From: Candidatus Poseidoniaceae archaeon
Lineage (GTDB): Archaea; Thermoplasmatota; Poseidoniia; Poseidoniales; Poseidoniaceae
Assembly: GCA_949372655.1 (NCBI GenBank)
Contig: CASIAI010000003.1
Location: 44,009 to 108,008 of the forward strand
Reading direction: 5' to 3'
DNA length: 64,000 bases
Within the stretch, counting starts at the first letter, position 1. Every line of letters begins with the position of its first letter. Positions 38,942-48,847 of this stretch are shown here, in pieces. The notes under the pieces are model-generated. The model saw only the letters and a list, made by a program, of their open reading frames with translations, had not been told where the DNA came from and ran no database searches. The position numbers and the translations under genes were made by a program.

Positions 38942-41900
38942 TTATTTAGTAAGTTTCTTACCACCAATACGTAAATCAGTTTCTAAAGGCATTTGATGTT
39001 CCCATGCAAATTCTTTAACAATCCTCCATCCCTTTTCTGAACCTTCATAATCCTTAACTTCTATTCTCTTATTACGAGTATTTGCCTTGAAAGCAGCCAC
39101 TGGCTCTGCATTCTTGAAAACTAAATAAGCCGAGCCAAACCCAAACTTCTCCTTCATTAAATCAGCAAAATATGGTGATATAGGGTCGCTTGGTGGAAGA
39201 ACGAAATCTCTTATTGCTGTAATATTTTTAGCTTCCTCAAGTAACTCCTTTCTACCCCAACATACTTCATGAAGGTCTTCTATCAAGAATCCTTTAATCA
39301 GAGTTCCATCCTGTTCAAAACTATTTAGAACAGATTTTAATTCTTCAGGATTAAATGGTGTTCCTGCAAGCCTCATCAATTGTTTTAATGTGATGACTGG
39401 ATAACTTTCTACCATCTTACGAAGATATTCTTTCCTTAATTCGACAGGGTCTAAACTACTTTTCAGAGTCACAGTTCTAAATCCTCCACGGAAATCCTGA
39501 ACAATGTGTCCAGTCCGGATCAGTGGTTGAATTAATTTTCTAAACTCAGATTGAGATAATGCATGTCGTTCTTTGAACACATTTGGATCGGAGTTATTAC
39601 TAAAGAATTCTACAATATCCCACAAATCCGGGTCATATTCTTCTCCTCTGATGATAAGTAAGTCTTGGAAGTGTTCATATGTTGCCCAAACTTGGTGACC
39701 TCTGAGATTTATTCCTTGATGTAATCTATTCGCACTAGCCATACTTTTCAAGTCAGCACGATACACTTCACATCTTCCACGAAGTGCAAAGTCATCTCTA
39801 ACTTCAGGAGTTTTCTTCATTGCTAAAATTTCATTCTCTAATCTTGTATTCTGATGTAAATTATGTCGATGGAAAAGAGCTCTTTCAGCAATCTCTCGTG
39901 GTTGAGGGTCGACAATTCCTCCTCGAATCATTCTCTCTCCAGTAAGTTTGAATCCTATAGATTCAAGGCATTTCTTAGTCACCTCATCGATATTTGATAC
40001 AGGTTCACTATTGAAATTACTGAGGATTGCAACATCAACAAGTTGGTCGGAGTGATTGTCTAGCAGTATGGAAAATGCTTGACAGAATTCTTCAATATAC
40101 GCATTTGGTATATGTAGGTCTTTTATTTCCAAATAATCATTTACTTTGAACATTAATATTTTACCGATTGGGTCTACGCCCTTGAATACAGGTAGATACC
40201 AACCCCTGTCGAGTATGCTTCGAACTTCCCAGATGAATCGTGATACATATGGGTCTGATTGTGTCATTATTCGTAATTTCCTATCTTCACGCCTTGGACG
40301 TTGTAATAACTCTACTTCATCCGGCATACAATAGAATGCTTCTGGGTCTGGTACCAATGAAATTACTTTAGAAATTTTACTGGACTTTTCTAAATTCATT
40401 AGTGCTACGGTTAGGTCTTCAAAAGAACGAGTGATGTAGAACCTTAGTGTATTAGCTTTGATTGGACCTAACCTCTTGATGACATCAACAAGGGATGATT
40501 CAAAGTCCATTGGCTGATAAACTCCATGAACTCTATGGAATAGCGAAAGTCGTCTTCTCCTGCCAACTACATCTTCAAATTGTTTTACTACAAGCATCTG
40601 TCTTTCGAGATTATCCAAAGCCCTCTTTAGGTCACGTTGTAGAGATTTATGTTCTTCACCCTTAGGGAAATCTTGCATTATTTCTTGTCTAGTCACATTG
40701 ATCCCTATAGGAATCCTCGCCAAGATTTCTTCTTCCATTGGACCGACCCATGGTTCTGGCTTCAAACCAAGTAGCATTGGAATATTCTTCTTAGTTGTAT
40801 ATCCAATACGGTTGTGAAGTAATCTTCCCATTATTACATCTGAATCAAGTTGCAGGTCTTTCCAATCTTTAAATCTAAATTCTTCAACACGATACAATAG
40901 TTCTTGCTGTTTCTGGAAAATCACGTGAGAGTCGAAGGCTGAAAAACCATCATCATATTGTGCGAATGATTTCTGGAAAACCATATTTTGTACCCAACGG
41001 TATTCAACAACTTCCTCATCCCCATCGGTAAGTCTGTGTTCATCGACTTTCAAAATATACTCTGCATCATCAGTCTGTCTAAAGAAACCGACTGACACTA
41101 CATTTCTTGATTCCAACTCATGTAAAATACGTTCTACTAATTCTTTAGAAAATGGTAGCCTTTGTTCCATTTCATCAGATGTTTTAGGCCCTTCACTACC
41201 CAGCATTTCAATAATTTTAACGCGCATTGCCTCATGCGGATCTCCAATTTGAACCTGTTCCCATTTGGTTGGTGTAGTACCTTTATGCTCTGACGAAATA
41301 TCAAATGTCAAACCTTGAATATTCAATTCACGTAAGTCTTTAACATCCTTACCACCATTAACCGATAAACTCCCTAAAGTACCGTGGATTTCTGCCATGT
41401 AAGGAGTGAACCATTTGCCATCGAGATCTTTTGAGCCGCAATTGTTAATTTTAACGATTTCACCATCTTGGCATAATTCTTCGACCCAACCTCGTAACAC
41501 ATCAAATTCTATATTTTGTAATTTCTCTTTGTAAAGCGGATTGTTGAAAGACTTTTCTAAACCACCACCATGAGACATTAATTTTAGTAATCCGGAAGAA
41601 GTTTTTGGAATAGGTGCTTTATTTAGATAATATTCATTTAATTCTTCACTAGAAAGTTCTGTTGCTAGACTTCGTGTCCCAAGTAATCGTTGTAATACGG
41701 TTGGGTCTATGTCCTTGACAAGGAATGCACGAGTCTTCATCGACATTAAATCTTCAAAGGCAGACATGAACAAAGACATTCCTAATCTAGATGGAATCGT
41801 CATCTTTTGATGAACAATTCTTGCTTGGCCTTCAATACAAGAATTGAGGAACTGATTCAAACTAGTAATATCAATATCAGCAAACATAATTTCATTTTTC

Positions 41901-44227
41901 GCCTCACGCATGAGCAGGCTATCATCAATGGTTCTGTGTTTATTTAGTAGGGCATCTGCTTTTTGTTGGAATTGTTGAGGACTAATCTCTTCAGCACCAA
42001 TTCTTTTTGGAATAATCAAGGAACGCCCTGCAACTTCCTTAAATCTCTTAGCAAAAATCTGAGTACTAATTATGTATCTCTCTATGATTTCAATGTGGTC
42101 ATTGGTTCTAAATGAGTCATACATTTCTCTCGGTTCAATTTCTTTAGATGTACGCATTAGAAGTCCATTTTCATCAAACGACATTTCTATTACGCTAATA
42201 TTCTTACTTTCTGCAAGTCCAGCCAAGAAGTAACCTAGAGCCGTATTGAAACCTCTACCTCTACATGTAGTAATCATGTATGTAGGGTGCCCTCCACTAA
42301 TTATCTGCTCAACCATTATTCTTGATGGGTCAGGAACTTGGAAAGATTCGATTGAATGTTCTTCAAGGTGTCTTGCAATCGCATTAGAAACTGGTTTGGA
42401 AAGACCATATGCATCGCGTAAAATTATTCTCGGGTCAACTTCCTTGCGGAGAGAAATAATACAATGTCCAATTAAATCGAGTAGGGCATTAGATAATTCT
42501 CGGGAACGAGAACGGGCTTCTCCAGACCAGGAGGGAACTGTAGGTCGATAGCCAGTCACAGCAGTAACGTTGACTCGAGTTCCCTGAATATTTGTAACCC
42601 TATATGTCGAGCCACCAAGTAATATTACATCTCCGCTTCTAAGTTTCGATACAAAGGAGCCTGAGAGTTGTCCAAGAATTGACCCTTCAGCATTGAATAC
42701 GAGGTAAGAATTATCAGGAGCGATTGTTCCTATGTTGGTGTAGTAAATCATTCTCGAATATCCTCTCTTACCATAAATATTCTCTTCCCAATCAACCCAA
42801 ACACGCCTCTCTTCTTCTAACATATCAAGAACTTCAATAAAATCATCATACTCAAAGTTTCTATATGACCAAGCATTAACGATTACCTCAAATGCTTCAT
42901 CAATATCCATTTCATTGATTATTACTAACCCTATCATAAATTGGGCTACTACATCAAGACAATTCTCAGGGAAATCTAGTTTATCCATGTCACCTTTTTG
43001 TATGGCTGATTGAAGGGCTGCTAGTTCAATCAAGTCATCGACACTTGTTGGAAGGAATCTTGCTCTTGGGATTCCTCCTACATGGTGACCGGCACGTCCT
43101 ATTCTTTGCAGAGCGGTTGCTATATCACCTGGACTTCCGACTTGAAGTACTAAATCAACAGAACCAATATCTATTCCCATTTCTAGTGAAGATGATGTTA
43201 CAACAGCCCTTAAATGTCCATGTTTCAACTTCTTTTCAACATTCAATCTGATTTTTTTATCCATCGAACCGTGGTGGCCAGCCACTAAGTCTCCTAAATA
43301 TGGACGCAGTCTCTGAACAATAGTTTCAGTCATTTTTCTTGTATTGGCGAAAACTAATGTGGTAGTGTGCGCTGAAATCAAATCAGCTATAGCCTCGATA
43401 TTTGCATCGAGAATTTTCATCACAGCAAGGTCACTAAACTTTTTATGAGTAATTAAGATATCAAGATCTAATTCACGTGAACCTGAAACCTTCGCAATAC
43501 TCACGCTACTAGCACTATTTCGACTTTCTTGGTCATCACTAGCAACTAAGTATTCAGCAACTTTTTCAAGAGGCTCCATGGTTGCAGAGATACCTATTCT
43601 TTGCACAGGTGTCTTTAGGAGTGTATCCAAGTAGGATAATGTTAAGGCAAGATGAACTCCTCTTTTGGTTGGTACTAGAGAGTGTAATTCGTCCACAATC
43701 ATATATTCTAATTCGCTAACTATTGGTTGGAATCGTGGTGAGGTAATTGCTATTGCTAAACTTTCTGGAGTCGTAATTAGAATATGAGGTGGGTTTCTTA
43801 GCATTTTTTGCCTATCTGATTGGCTAGTATCTCCAGTTCTTAGTCCAACTTTAATCTCCTGTGCTCGATCCGGTAAATATGATTCCGAGATTTCTTTTAG
43901 TGGACCAATCAAATTTCTTTGAATATCATTTGCCAAAGCCTTGATTGGTGAAATATATACACAATGTACTTTTTTCTCTAATTTATTATCCAATGCTAGC
44001 CTCACTAATTTATCGATAATAGTAAGAAAAGCAGTCAGAGTCTTTCCAGAACCTGTAGGGGAACATAATAACAGGTTTTTTCTGTCTAATATAGCAGGAA
44101 TTGCTAATTTTTGGGGTCGTGTGAAGTCTGAGAAAGAATCCTTGAACCAGTTCCTAACTGGAGGGCATAGAATATCCAATAACTCCTCTGTGGAGTGTGG
44201 AGTTTCTAAGTATTCTATTTCAACCAT
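38942..44227 (-). CDS. lhr: Long Lhr-family SF2 helicase with extended C-terminal winged-helix/AlkZ-like region
   Basis: SPTGSGKT, TTPESL, DELH, SAT, HHGS, SSLEMGIDIG, QRIGRAGH, PSWSGE; 1761 aa. Confidence 0.92.
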   Translation of the reverse strand: MVEIEYLETPHSTEELLDILCPPVRNWFKDSFSDFTRPQKLAIPAILDRKNLLLCSPTGSGKTLTAFLTIIDKLVRLALDNKLEKKVHCVYISPIKALANDIQRNLIGPLKEISESYLPDRAQEIKVGLRTGDTSQSDRQKMLRNPPHILITTPESLAIAITSPRFQPIVSELEYMIVDELHSLVPTKRGVHLALTLSYLDTLLKTPVQRIGISATMEPLEKVAEYLVASDDQESRNSASSVSIAKVSGSRELDLDILITHKKFSDLAVMKILDANIEAIADLISAHTTTLVFANTRKMTETIVQRLRPYLGDLVAGHHGSMDKKIRLNVEKKLKHGHLRAVVTSSSLEMGIDIGSVDLVLQVGSPGDIATALQRIGRAGHHVGGIPRARFLPTSVDDLIELAALQSAIQKGDMDKLDFPENCLDVVAQFMIGLVIINEMDIDEAFEVIVNAWSYRNFEYDDFIEVLDMLEEERRVWVDWEENIYGKRGYSRMIYYTNIGTIAPDNSYLVFNAEGSILGQLSGSFVSKLRSGDVILLGGSTYRVTNIQGTRVNVTAVTGYRPTVPSWSGEARSRSRELSNALLDLIGHCIISLRKEVDPRIILRDAYGLSKPVSNAIARHLEEHSIESFQVPDPSRIMVEQIISGGHPTYMITTCRGRGFNTALGYFLAGLAESKNISVIEMSFDENGLLMRTSKEIEPREMYDSFRTNDHIEIIERYIISTQIFAKRFKEVAGRSLIIPKRIGAEEISPQQFQQKADALLNKHRTIDDSLLMREAKNEIMFADIDITSLNQFLNSCIEGQARIVHQKMTIPSRLGMSLFMSAFEDLMSMKTRAFLVKDIDPTVLQRLLGTRSLATELSSEELNEYYLNKAPIPKTSSGLLKLMSHGGGLEKSFNNPLYKEKLQNIEFDVLRGWVEELCQDGEIVKINNCGSKDLDGKWFTPYMAEIHGTLGSLSVNGGKDVKDLRELNIQGLTFDISSEHKGTTPTKWEQVQIGDPHEAMRVKIIEMLGSEGPKTSDEMEQRLPFSKELVERILHELESRNVVSVGFFRQTDDAEYILKVDEHRLTDGDEEVVEYRWVQNMVFQKSFAQYDDGFSAFDSHVIFQKQQELLYRVEEFRFKDWKDLQLDSDVIMGRLLHNRIGYTTKKNIPMLLGLKPEPWVGPMEEEILARIPIGINVTRQEIMQDFPKGEEHKSLQRDLKRALDNLERQMLVVKQFEDVVGRRRRLSLFHRVHGVYQPMDFESSLVDVIKRLGPIKANTLRFYITRSFEDLTVALMNLEKSSKISKVISLVPDPEAFYCMPDEVELLQRPRREDRKLRIMTQSDPYVSRFIWEVRSILDRGWYLPVFKGVDPIGKILMFKVNDYLEIKDLHIPNAYIEEFCQAFSILLDNHSDQLVDVAILSNFNSEPVSNIDEVTKKCLESIGFKLTGERMIRGGIVDPQPREIAERALFHRHNLHQNTRLENEILAMKKTPEVRDDFALRGRCEVYRADLKSMASANRLHQGINLRGHQVWATYEHFQDLLIIRGEEYDPDLWDIVEFFSNNSDPNVFKERHALSQSEFRKLIQPLIRTGHIVQDFRGGFRTVTLKSSLDPVELRKEYLRKMVESYPVITLKQLMRLAGTPFNPEELKSVLNSFEQDGTLIKGFLIEDLHEVCWGRKELLEEAKNITAIRDFVLPPSDPISPYFADLMKEKFGFGSAYLVFKNAEPVAAFKANTRNKRIEVKDYEGSEKGWRIVKEFAWEHQMPLETDLRIGGKKLTK

Positions 44228-44346
44228 TTTTTTCTCACTGTCCCAATGGTGCTAATCGTGAGTGCCGAGTACTTGAAAACTTCGCCTTTAACAGCACCCA
44301 ATAATTCGATATATTACCACATAAATAATTATGAACACATCGGTTT

Positions 44347-45447
44347 CTAAATAATCCAAAACATTCTTCGGCAAGTGACTGCTCTCCAAATAATTACTTT
44401 TGTTAGACGATTAAAGAAAATATTTAGAACCCAATCTGGTAATCTAAACATAATACTACCAATTTTGAACGATCTTTTGGAATTTAGCATTACTCGTCCC
44501 ATTTGTTTTTTCCATATTTTTTCATATTCCTTTAGTTCAAGATTGTTTTTTATATGTTCTACGATTACTTGGCCTGCAATTCGACCTCCAATCATTGCTA
44601 TGGTTATTCCTGCCCCATTAGAAGGCAATACCATGCCAGCTGAGTCTCCAACCAGTACATAATTACCTTTTACAAATCTCTTAATTGTTCCGGACATTGG
44701 AAGAGAGCCTGCACCATTGAATGTTGAATCACCATCATATTTGTCTATGAAATCTGCTGCGAATAAATTTAGAGATTTACCTTTTGTGAAATTCTTTTGA
44801 ACACCTATACCGATATTTGCACCAGAGGATTTTGGAAACATCCAAGCATAACCACCTGGTGCCATCGAACCAAAATGGAGTTCTACAGCATCACCATAGT
44901 CACCTTCCTTTAGTGCGAACTTAACCGGTATATTGGTCGACTTTTCTTTCCAAAAAGTTCTCCTTACTGGGTCGTTATGACCTCCTGCCCCAACTATGAC
45001 TTTACCAGTAATGTCATTTCCGTTACGAATGGACACAGTATTTCCTTCTATTTTATTAACAAAACAACCAACTTTGAATTCAGCACCGGCCTGTTTCGCT
45101 AAATCGACCAATGCTTCATCATGTGCAACTCGATTTAATACTAAACCTTCGAAGCCAAATTCGAGCGATTTACCGGAAGGGGTAATTATTTTCATTACTT
45201 CTGTGCGCTTTGAAATTGCACTCTCCGGTGTTTTGAACAAATCATCCATGTCAGGAACGTCAGGGCATAATCTACGCATTTCGTCATTAGTTGGTACAAG
45301 TTCGCCGCACTGCAAAGGGGAACCTATTGATTCTCTAGAATCAATTACAACTACCTTTACGCCTGCTTGAGCCACATAACGAGCGACAGTACTCCCTGCG
45401 GGCCCTCCGCCGATGATTACAACATCATAATCAGATTGACCCGACAT
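44347..45447 (-). CDS. Geranylgeranyl reductase family (DGGR-like)
   Basis: GGGPAG, CGE, PGGYAWMFPK, LVGDSAG..P..GAGI. Start ATG 45447 is uncertain. Confidence 0.88.
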   Translation of the reverse strand: MSGQSDYDVVIIGGGPAGSTVARYVAQAGVKVVVIDSRESIGSPLQCGELVPTNDEMRRLCPDVPDMDDLFKTPESAISKRTEVMKIITPSGKSLEFGFEGLVLNRVAHDEALVDLAKQAGAEFKVGCFVNKIEGNTVSIRNGNDITGKVIVGAGGHNDPVRRTFWKEKSTNIPVKFALKEGDYGDAVELHFGSMAPGGYAWMFPKSSGANIGIGVQKNFTKGKSLNLFAADFIDKYDGDSTFNGAGSLPMSGTIKRFVKGNYVLVGDSAGMVLPSNGAGITIAMIGGRIAGQVIVEHIKNNLELKEYEKIWKKQMGRVMLNSKRSFKIGSIMFRLPDWVLNIFFNRLTKVIIWRAVTCRRMFWII

Positions 45448-45569
45448 TTTAGACCCCGATACTATTGCCATATCTGAGTTATTATTAACCATGCGTATTA
45501 TGACATATCACTCAATAATGACGGTCAATTTCAAAGGCAAGGAACTACACGCCAATTTGAGGGGTACCT

Positions 45570-47243
45570 ATGTCCAGTGTTGAGAACAGTCGTTTAGAAC
45601 GATTATCAGGGATGTTAAAGCGCCGCGGGATTATTTTGCCTGCATTTGAAATTCATGGAGGCTCCAAAGGGTTGTATGATTTTGGTCCAGTCGGTGGTAG
45701 GATTAGAAATCGTGTTAATCAAAATTGGATTGACCATTGGACTTCTCTTGGCAATATAACTGAAATTTCATGCCCAACTGTGACTCCATATCAAGTTCTT
45801 GAGGCTAGTGGCCATGTTGGAGAATTTTCGGATTTCATGACTGATTGTAATGCATGTGGTGAAGCTAGTAGAGCAGATACGCTTCTCGAAGGTTTCCATT
45901 CAAATCCAGACGCTTTGTCAAAGGACGAACTTCAGCAATTACTTACTGAGTCCAAACCAAATTGCCCTGCTTGTGATTCTATTGATTGGAGTTCTATTTC
46001 TGCACAAAATTTGATGTTTAACACCACTATCGGAGCAGGTAAATCTGGTCGTGAAGGTTTTCTTAGACCTGAAACAGCCCAAGGAATGTTCACTTCTTTT
46101 CAATCACTTTATCGACATAATAGAGAGAGGTTACCTTTTGGAGCAATACAGGTTGGAAAAGGATACAGAAATGAGATCTCCCCGAGACAAGGAATGATTC
46201 GTCTTAGGGAATTTAATATGGCGGAACTTGAATATTTTATCGACCCAGAAGAAGAAATCGGTCATGATTTTTCTAAGTGGAGTCATATAGAGTTCAGTCT
46301 CATCGCAGATAGTGGTGAAGAAGTATCTAAGTCATTGTCAGAAGCAATCCAGTCCGGCTTAATACGCCATTCGACTGTTGGATACTTTATTGGAATGACT
46401 TATGATTTCTTGTTGAAAGTGGGTATCAATCCTGATAAGTTACGTTTTAGACAACATGAAACTGATGAGATGGCTCACTATGCTCTTGACTGTTGGGATG
46501 CTGAAATACTTGGTTCATATGGTTGGGTAGAATGTGTAGGTATTGCTCACAGAGGGTGTTATGACCTTCAAGCACATGAAGAAGCAACTGGTAAAACTTT
46601 GAGAGCAAGACGAGAATTCAAAGAACCGAAGACTATTGAGATTGATGGATGGACAATCGAAGGCTCTGTTGCTGGGCCCGCATTTCGTGCCTTAGCAGGA
46701 GCAGTGAAAAAGGCAATTGAGAATTTGCCAATTGAAACTAATTTCCCTTGTCAAATTACACTTGAATCCGGAGATAGTATAACGATTAATCCTGAACATG
46801 TCAAGAGGAATCAGCGTACAGAAGTGTTATCTGGTGAATGGTTTATTCCACATGTAGTTGAACCTGCATTTGGAATCGACCGGATTATTTGGCATATTCT
46901 AGACCATGCATATGATGAAATCGAAAAAGGTGATGAACTTTATACAGTTTTACGATTAAGCGAAAATATAGCATCGATTGATTACTGCGTTTTCCCGTTA
47001 TTTGAAAAAGATGGAATGGGGCAAATAGCTAGACAATTGAATGAAAAGATGTGTTCCAAAGCAGGAATCATTTCGTTATATGATTCGAGTGGTTCTATTG
47101 GCCGAAGATATGCTAGAGCCGATGAAATAGGAGTTCCTGTCTGTATTACAATCGACCACCAAACCTTAGAAGATAATACAGTAACTCTACGCTCACGGGA
47201 TTCCGGTGAACAAAAAAGAGTTAAACTTGAATCTCTATATTAG
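45570..47243 (+). CDS. glyS: Glycine--tRNA ligase (class II, alpha2)
   Basis: YDFGPVG, LRPETAQG, RNEISPRQG..RLREF, EMAHYA, EPAFGIDR, GRRYARADEIG. Confidence 0.97.
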   Translation: MSSVENSRLERLSGMLKRRGIILPAFEIHGGSKGLYDFGPVGGRIRNRVNQNWIDHWTSLGNITEISCPTVTPYQVLEASGHVGEFSDFMTDCNACGEASRADTLLEGFHSNPDALSKDELQQLLTESKPNCPACDSIDWSSISAQNLMFNTTIGAGKSGREGFLRPETAQGMFTSFQSLYRHNRERLPFGAIQVGKGYRNEISPRQGMIRLREFNMAELEYFIDPEEEIGHDFSKWSHIEFSLIADSGEEVSKSLSEAIQSGLIRHSTVGYFIGMTYDFLLKVGINPDKLRFRQHETDEMAHYALDCWDAEILGSYGWVECVGIAHRGCYDLQAHEEATGKTLRARREFKEPKTIEIDGWTIEGSVAGPAFRALAGAVKKAIENLPIETNFPCQITLESGDSITINPEHVKRNQRTEVLSGEWFIPHVVEPAFGIDRIIWHILDHAYDEIEKGDELYTVLRLSENIASIDYCVFPLFEKDGMGQIARQLNEKMCSKAGIISLYDSSGSIGRRYARADEIGVPVCITIDHQTLEDNTVTLRSRDSGEQKRVKLESLY

Positions 47244-47282
47244 TTTTATTTTCGCTATAATTTAGAGAAATCAAAGTTAATG

Positions 47283-47288
47283 TTCAAG
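47283..47288 (+). promoter_or_regulatory. Putative TATA-equivalent TTCAAG
   Basis: 23 nt upstream of RFC-L ATG 47312. Confidence 0.55.
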
Positions 47289-47311
47289 AACCTTCGTACT
47301 CTGGTAATTAT

Positions 47312-48847
47312 ATGGCTAAAGTAAGTGATTGGACCGAAAGATATCGGCCAAAATCTGAAAGCCACCTGGAAGGCAATGAAGCCCAGAGAAGGAAAATACG
47401 TGACTGGCTAAGTAAATGGCAAGGCGGTATGCCTAAGAAAAAAGCATTACTTCTAGTCGGTCCCCCCGGAGTTGGTAAAACAACTGTGGCAAGGGCAGTT
47501 GCACAAGATATGGGTTGGAGCGTGATTGAACTGAATGCATCTGATGCAAGAAATGCAGCAGCAATACGCAAGGCGGCAACGCAAGGTGCAACTCATAGGT
47601 CATTATTCCACAATCCTGATGACAAAGAACAGAGGACATTGATACTTCTAGATGAAGTAGACCATCTGTCAGGTGGTCTGAAAAAAGTTAATCAAGATAA
47701 ACTGAATAAGGCTTTGATGGGAGATGAAGTAGGTGGTAATCCAGTTACATTTTCTGGTGATTCGGGTGGTAAAGCAGAATTGCTTCGTTTATTAAATGAA
47801 ACAAAACAACCTGTAATTCTTGCTTGTAATGAAATAATGGGTCTTTGGGGTAAAGGTTCTACCTGGCGTTCAACACGAGATCGGTTTCAAAAGCATATGA
47901 TTACATTAAACTTTGAAAGAGCAAATGATGATGCTTTAAGACGAATAGCGAGGAGAGTTCTAAAATCTGAAGATATAGAATTTGAGGCTCAGGCTATTGA
48001 GAAATTGGTTGAACGTAATCCCGGTGACCTTAGAGCATTAGTTCGAGATTTACAAGTTATATCAGCAACAATAGATGGTATTCTAACTCCTGAAGTTGTT
48101 AATTCATTCATAGAATCTGGGGAACGTGATATTTCTATCGAAGTATTTCCAGGATTAGATAAGTTATATCGTTGCTCTACTGCCAATGAAGCAGTTATTG
48201 CTGGAAGGACAATTGATAAGTCCCCTAGTGAACTTTTGAATTGGATTCATTGGAATAATCCTTCATTGATTTCCGATAAGAATACCCTTAAAAGAGGTAA
48301 TCAAGCTTTGAGTCTGTCTTCTAAAATGTTATCAGCACAATATGATAATACTGCTCATAGGTCTTGGTATTGGAGTGGTCAACTATCTGGCCTGGCTGCA
48401 TCGGTTGTTAATAAAAATCCATTTGGCGGAAAAATATATCCATCCTACCCTAACTTCCTACGAATAAACTCAACTAATGTACGTCCTTCAATCATCGAAC
48501 AATTAGCCAAGGGCCCTGGAATAAGTAAATCAACGGTTCGAGATGAAATGCTACCTATTCTGACATCCTTATTATCACCAAAATCAACAATTGGAGATCC
48601 GAATGATTACTCCATTTCAATGAATTATAACTTATCTGGTGAAGAACATGTTACATTGGCAGGTCTAACTTTGAGCCGGCGGTCAACAAAAGAGATCATA
48701 GCAAACTATAACGAAGAAAAGTCAAGGAAACAAATAATATCTATAGATGAAGATATTGAGGAAGAGAATCTGCCTCAAATTGGTATTATTGATAATGGTT
48801 CTAAAGATGATGAATCATCCCCTCCAGGGCAAATGAAATTATTCTAA
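47312..48847 (+). CDS. rfcL: Replication factor C large subunit
   Basis: WTERYRPK, GPPGVGKTT, ELNASD.R, LDEVD, GDLR, and C-terminal PIP box QMKLF. Confidence 0.92.
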   Translation: MAKVSDWTERYRPKSESHLEGNEAQRRKIRDWLSKWQGGMPKKKALLLVGPPGVGKTTVARAVAQDMGWSVIELNASDARNAAAIRKAATQGATHRSLFHNPDDKEQRTLILLDEVDHLSGGLKKVNQDKLNKALMGDEVGGNPVTFSGDSGGKAELLRLLNETKQPVILACNEIMGLWGKGSTWRSTRDRFQKHMITLNFERANDDALRRIARRVLKSEDIEFEAQAIEKLVERNPGDLRALVRDLQVISATIDGILTPEVVNSFIESGERDISIEVFPGLDKLYRCSTANEAVIAGRTIDKSPSELLNWIHWNNPSLISDKNTLKRGNQALSLSSKMLSAQYDNTAHRSWYWSGQLSGLAASVVNKNPFGGKIYPSYPNFLRINSTNVRPSIIEQLAKGPGISKSTVRDEMLPILTSLLSPKSTIGDPNDYSISMNYNLSGEEHVTLAGLTLSRRSTKEIIANYNEEKSRKQIISIDEDIEEENLPQIGIIDNGSKDDESSPPGQMKLF

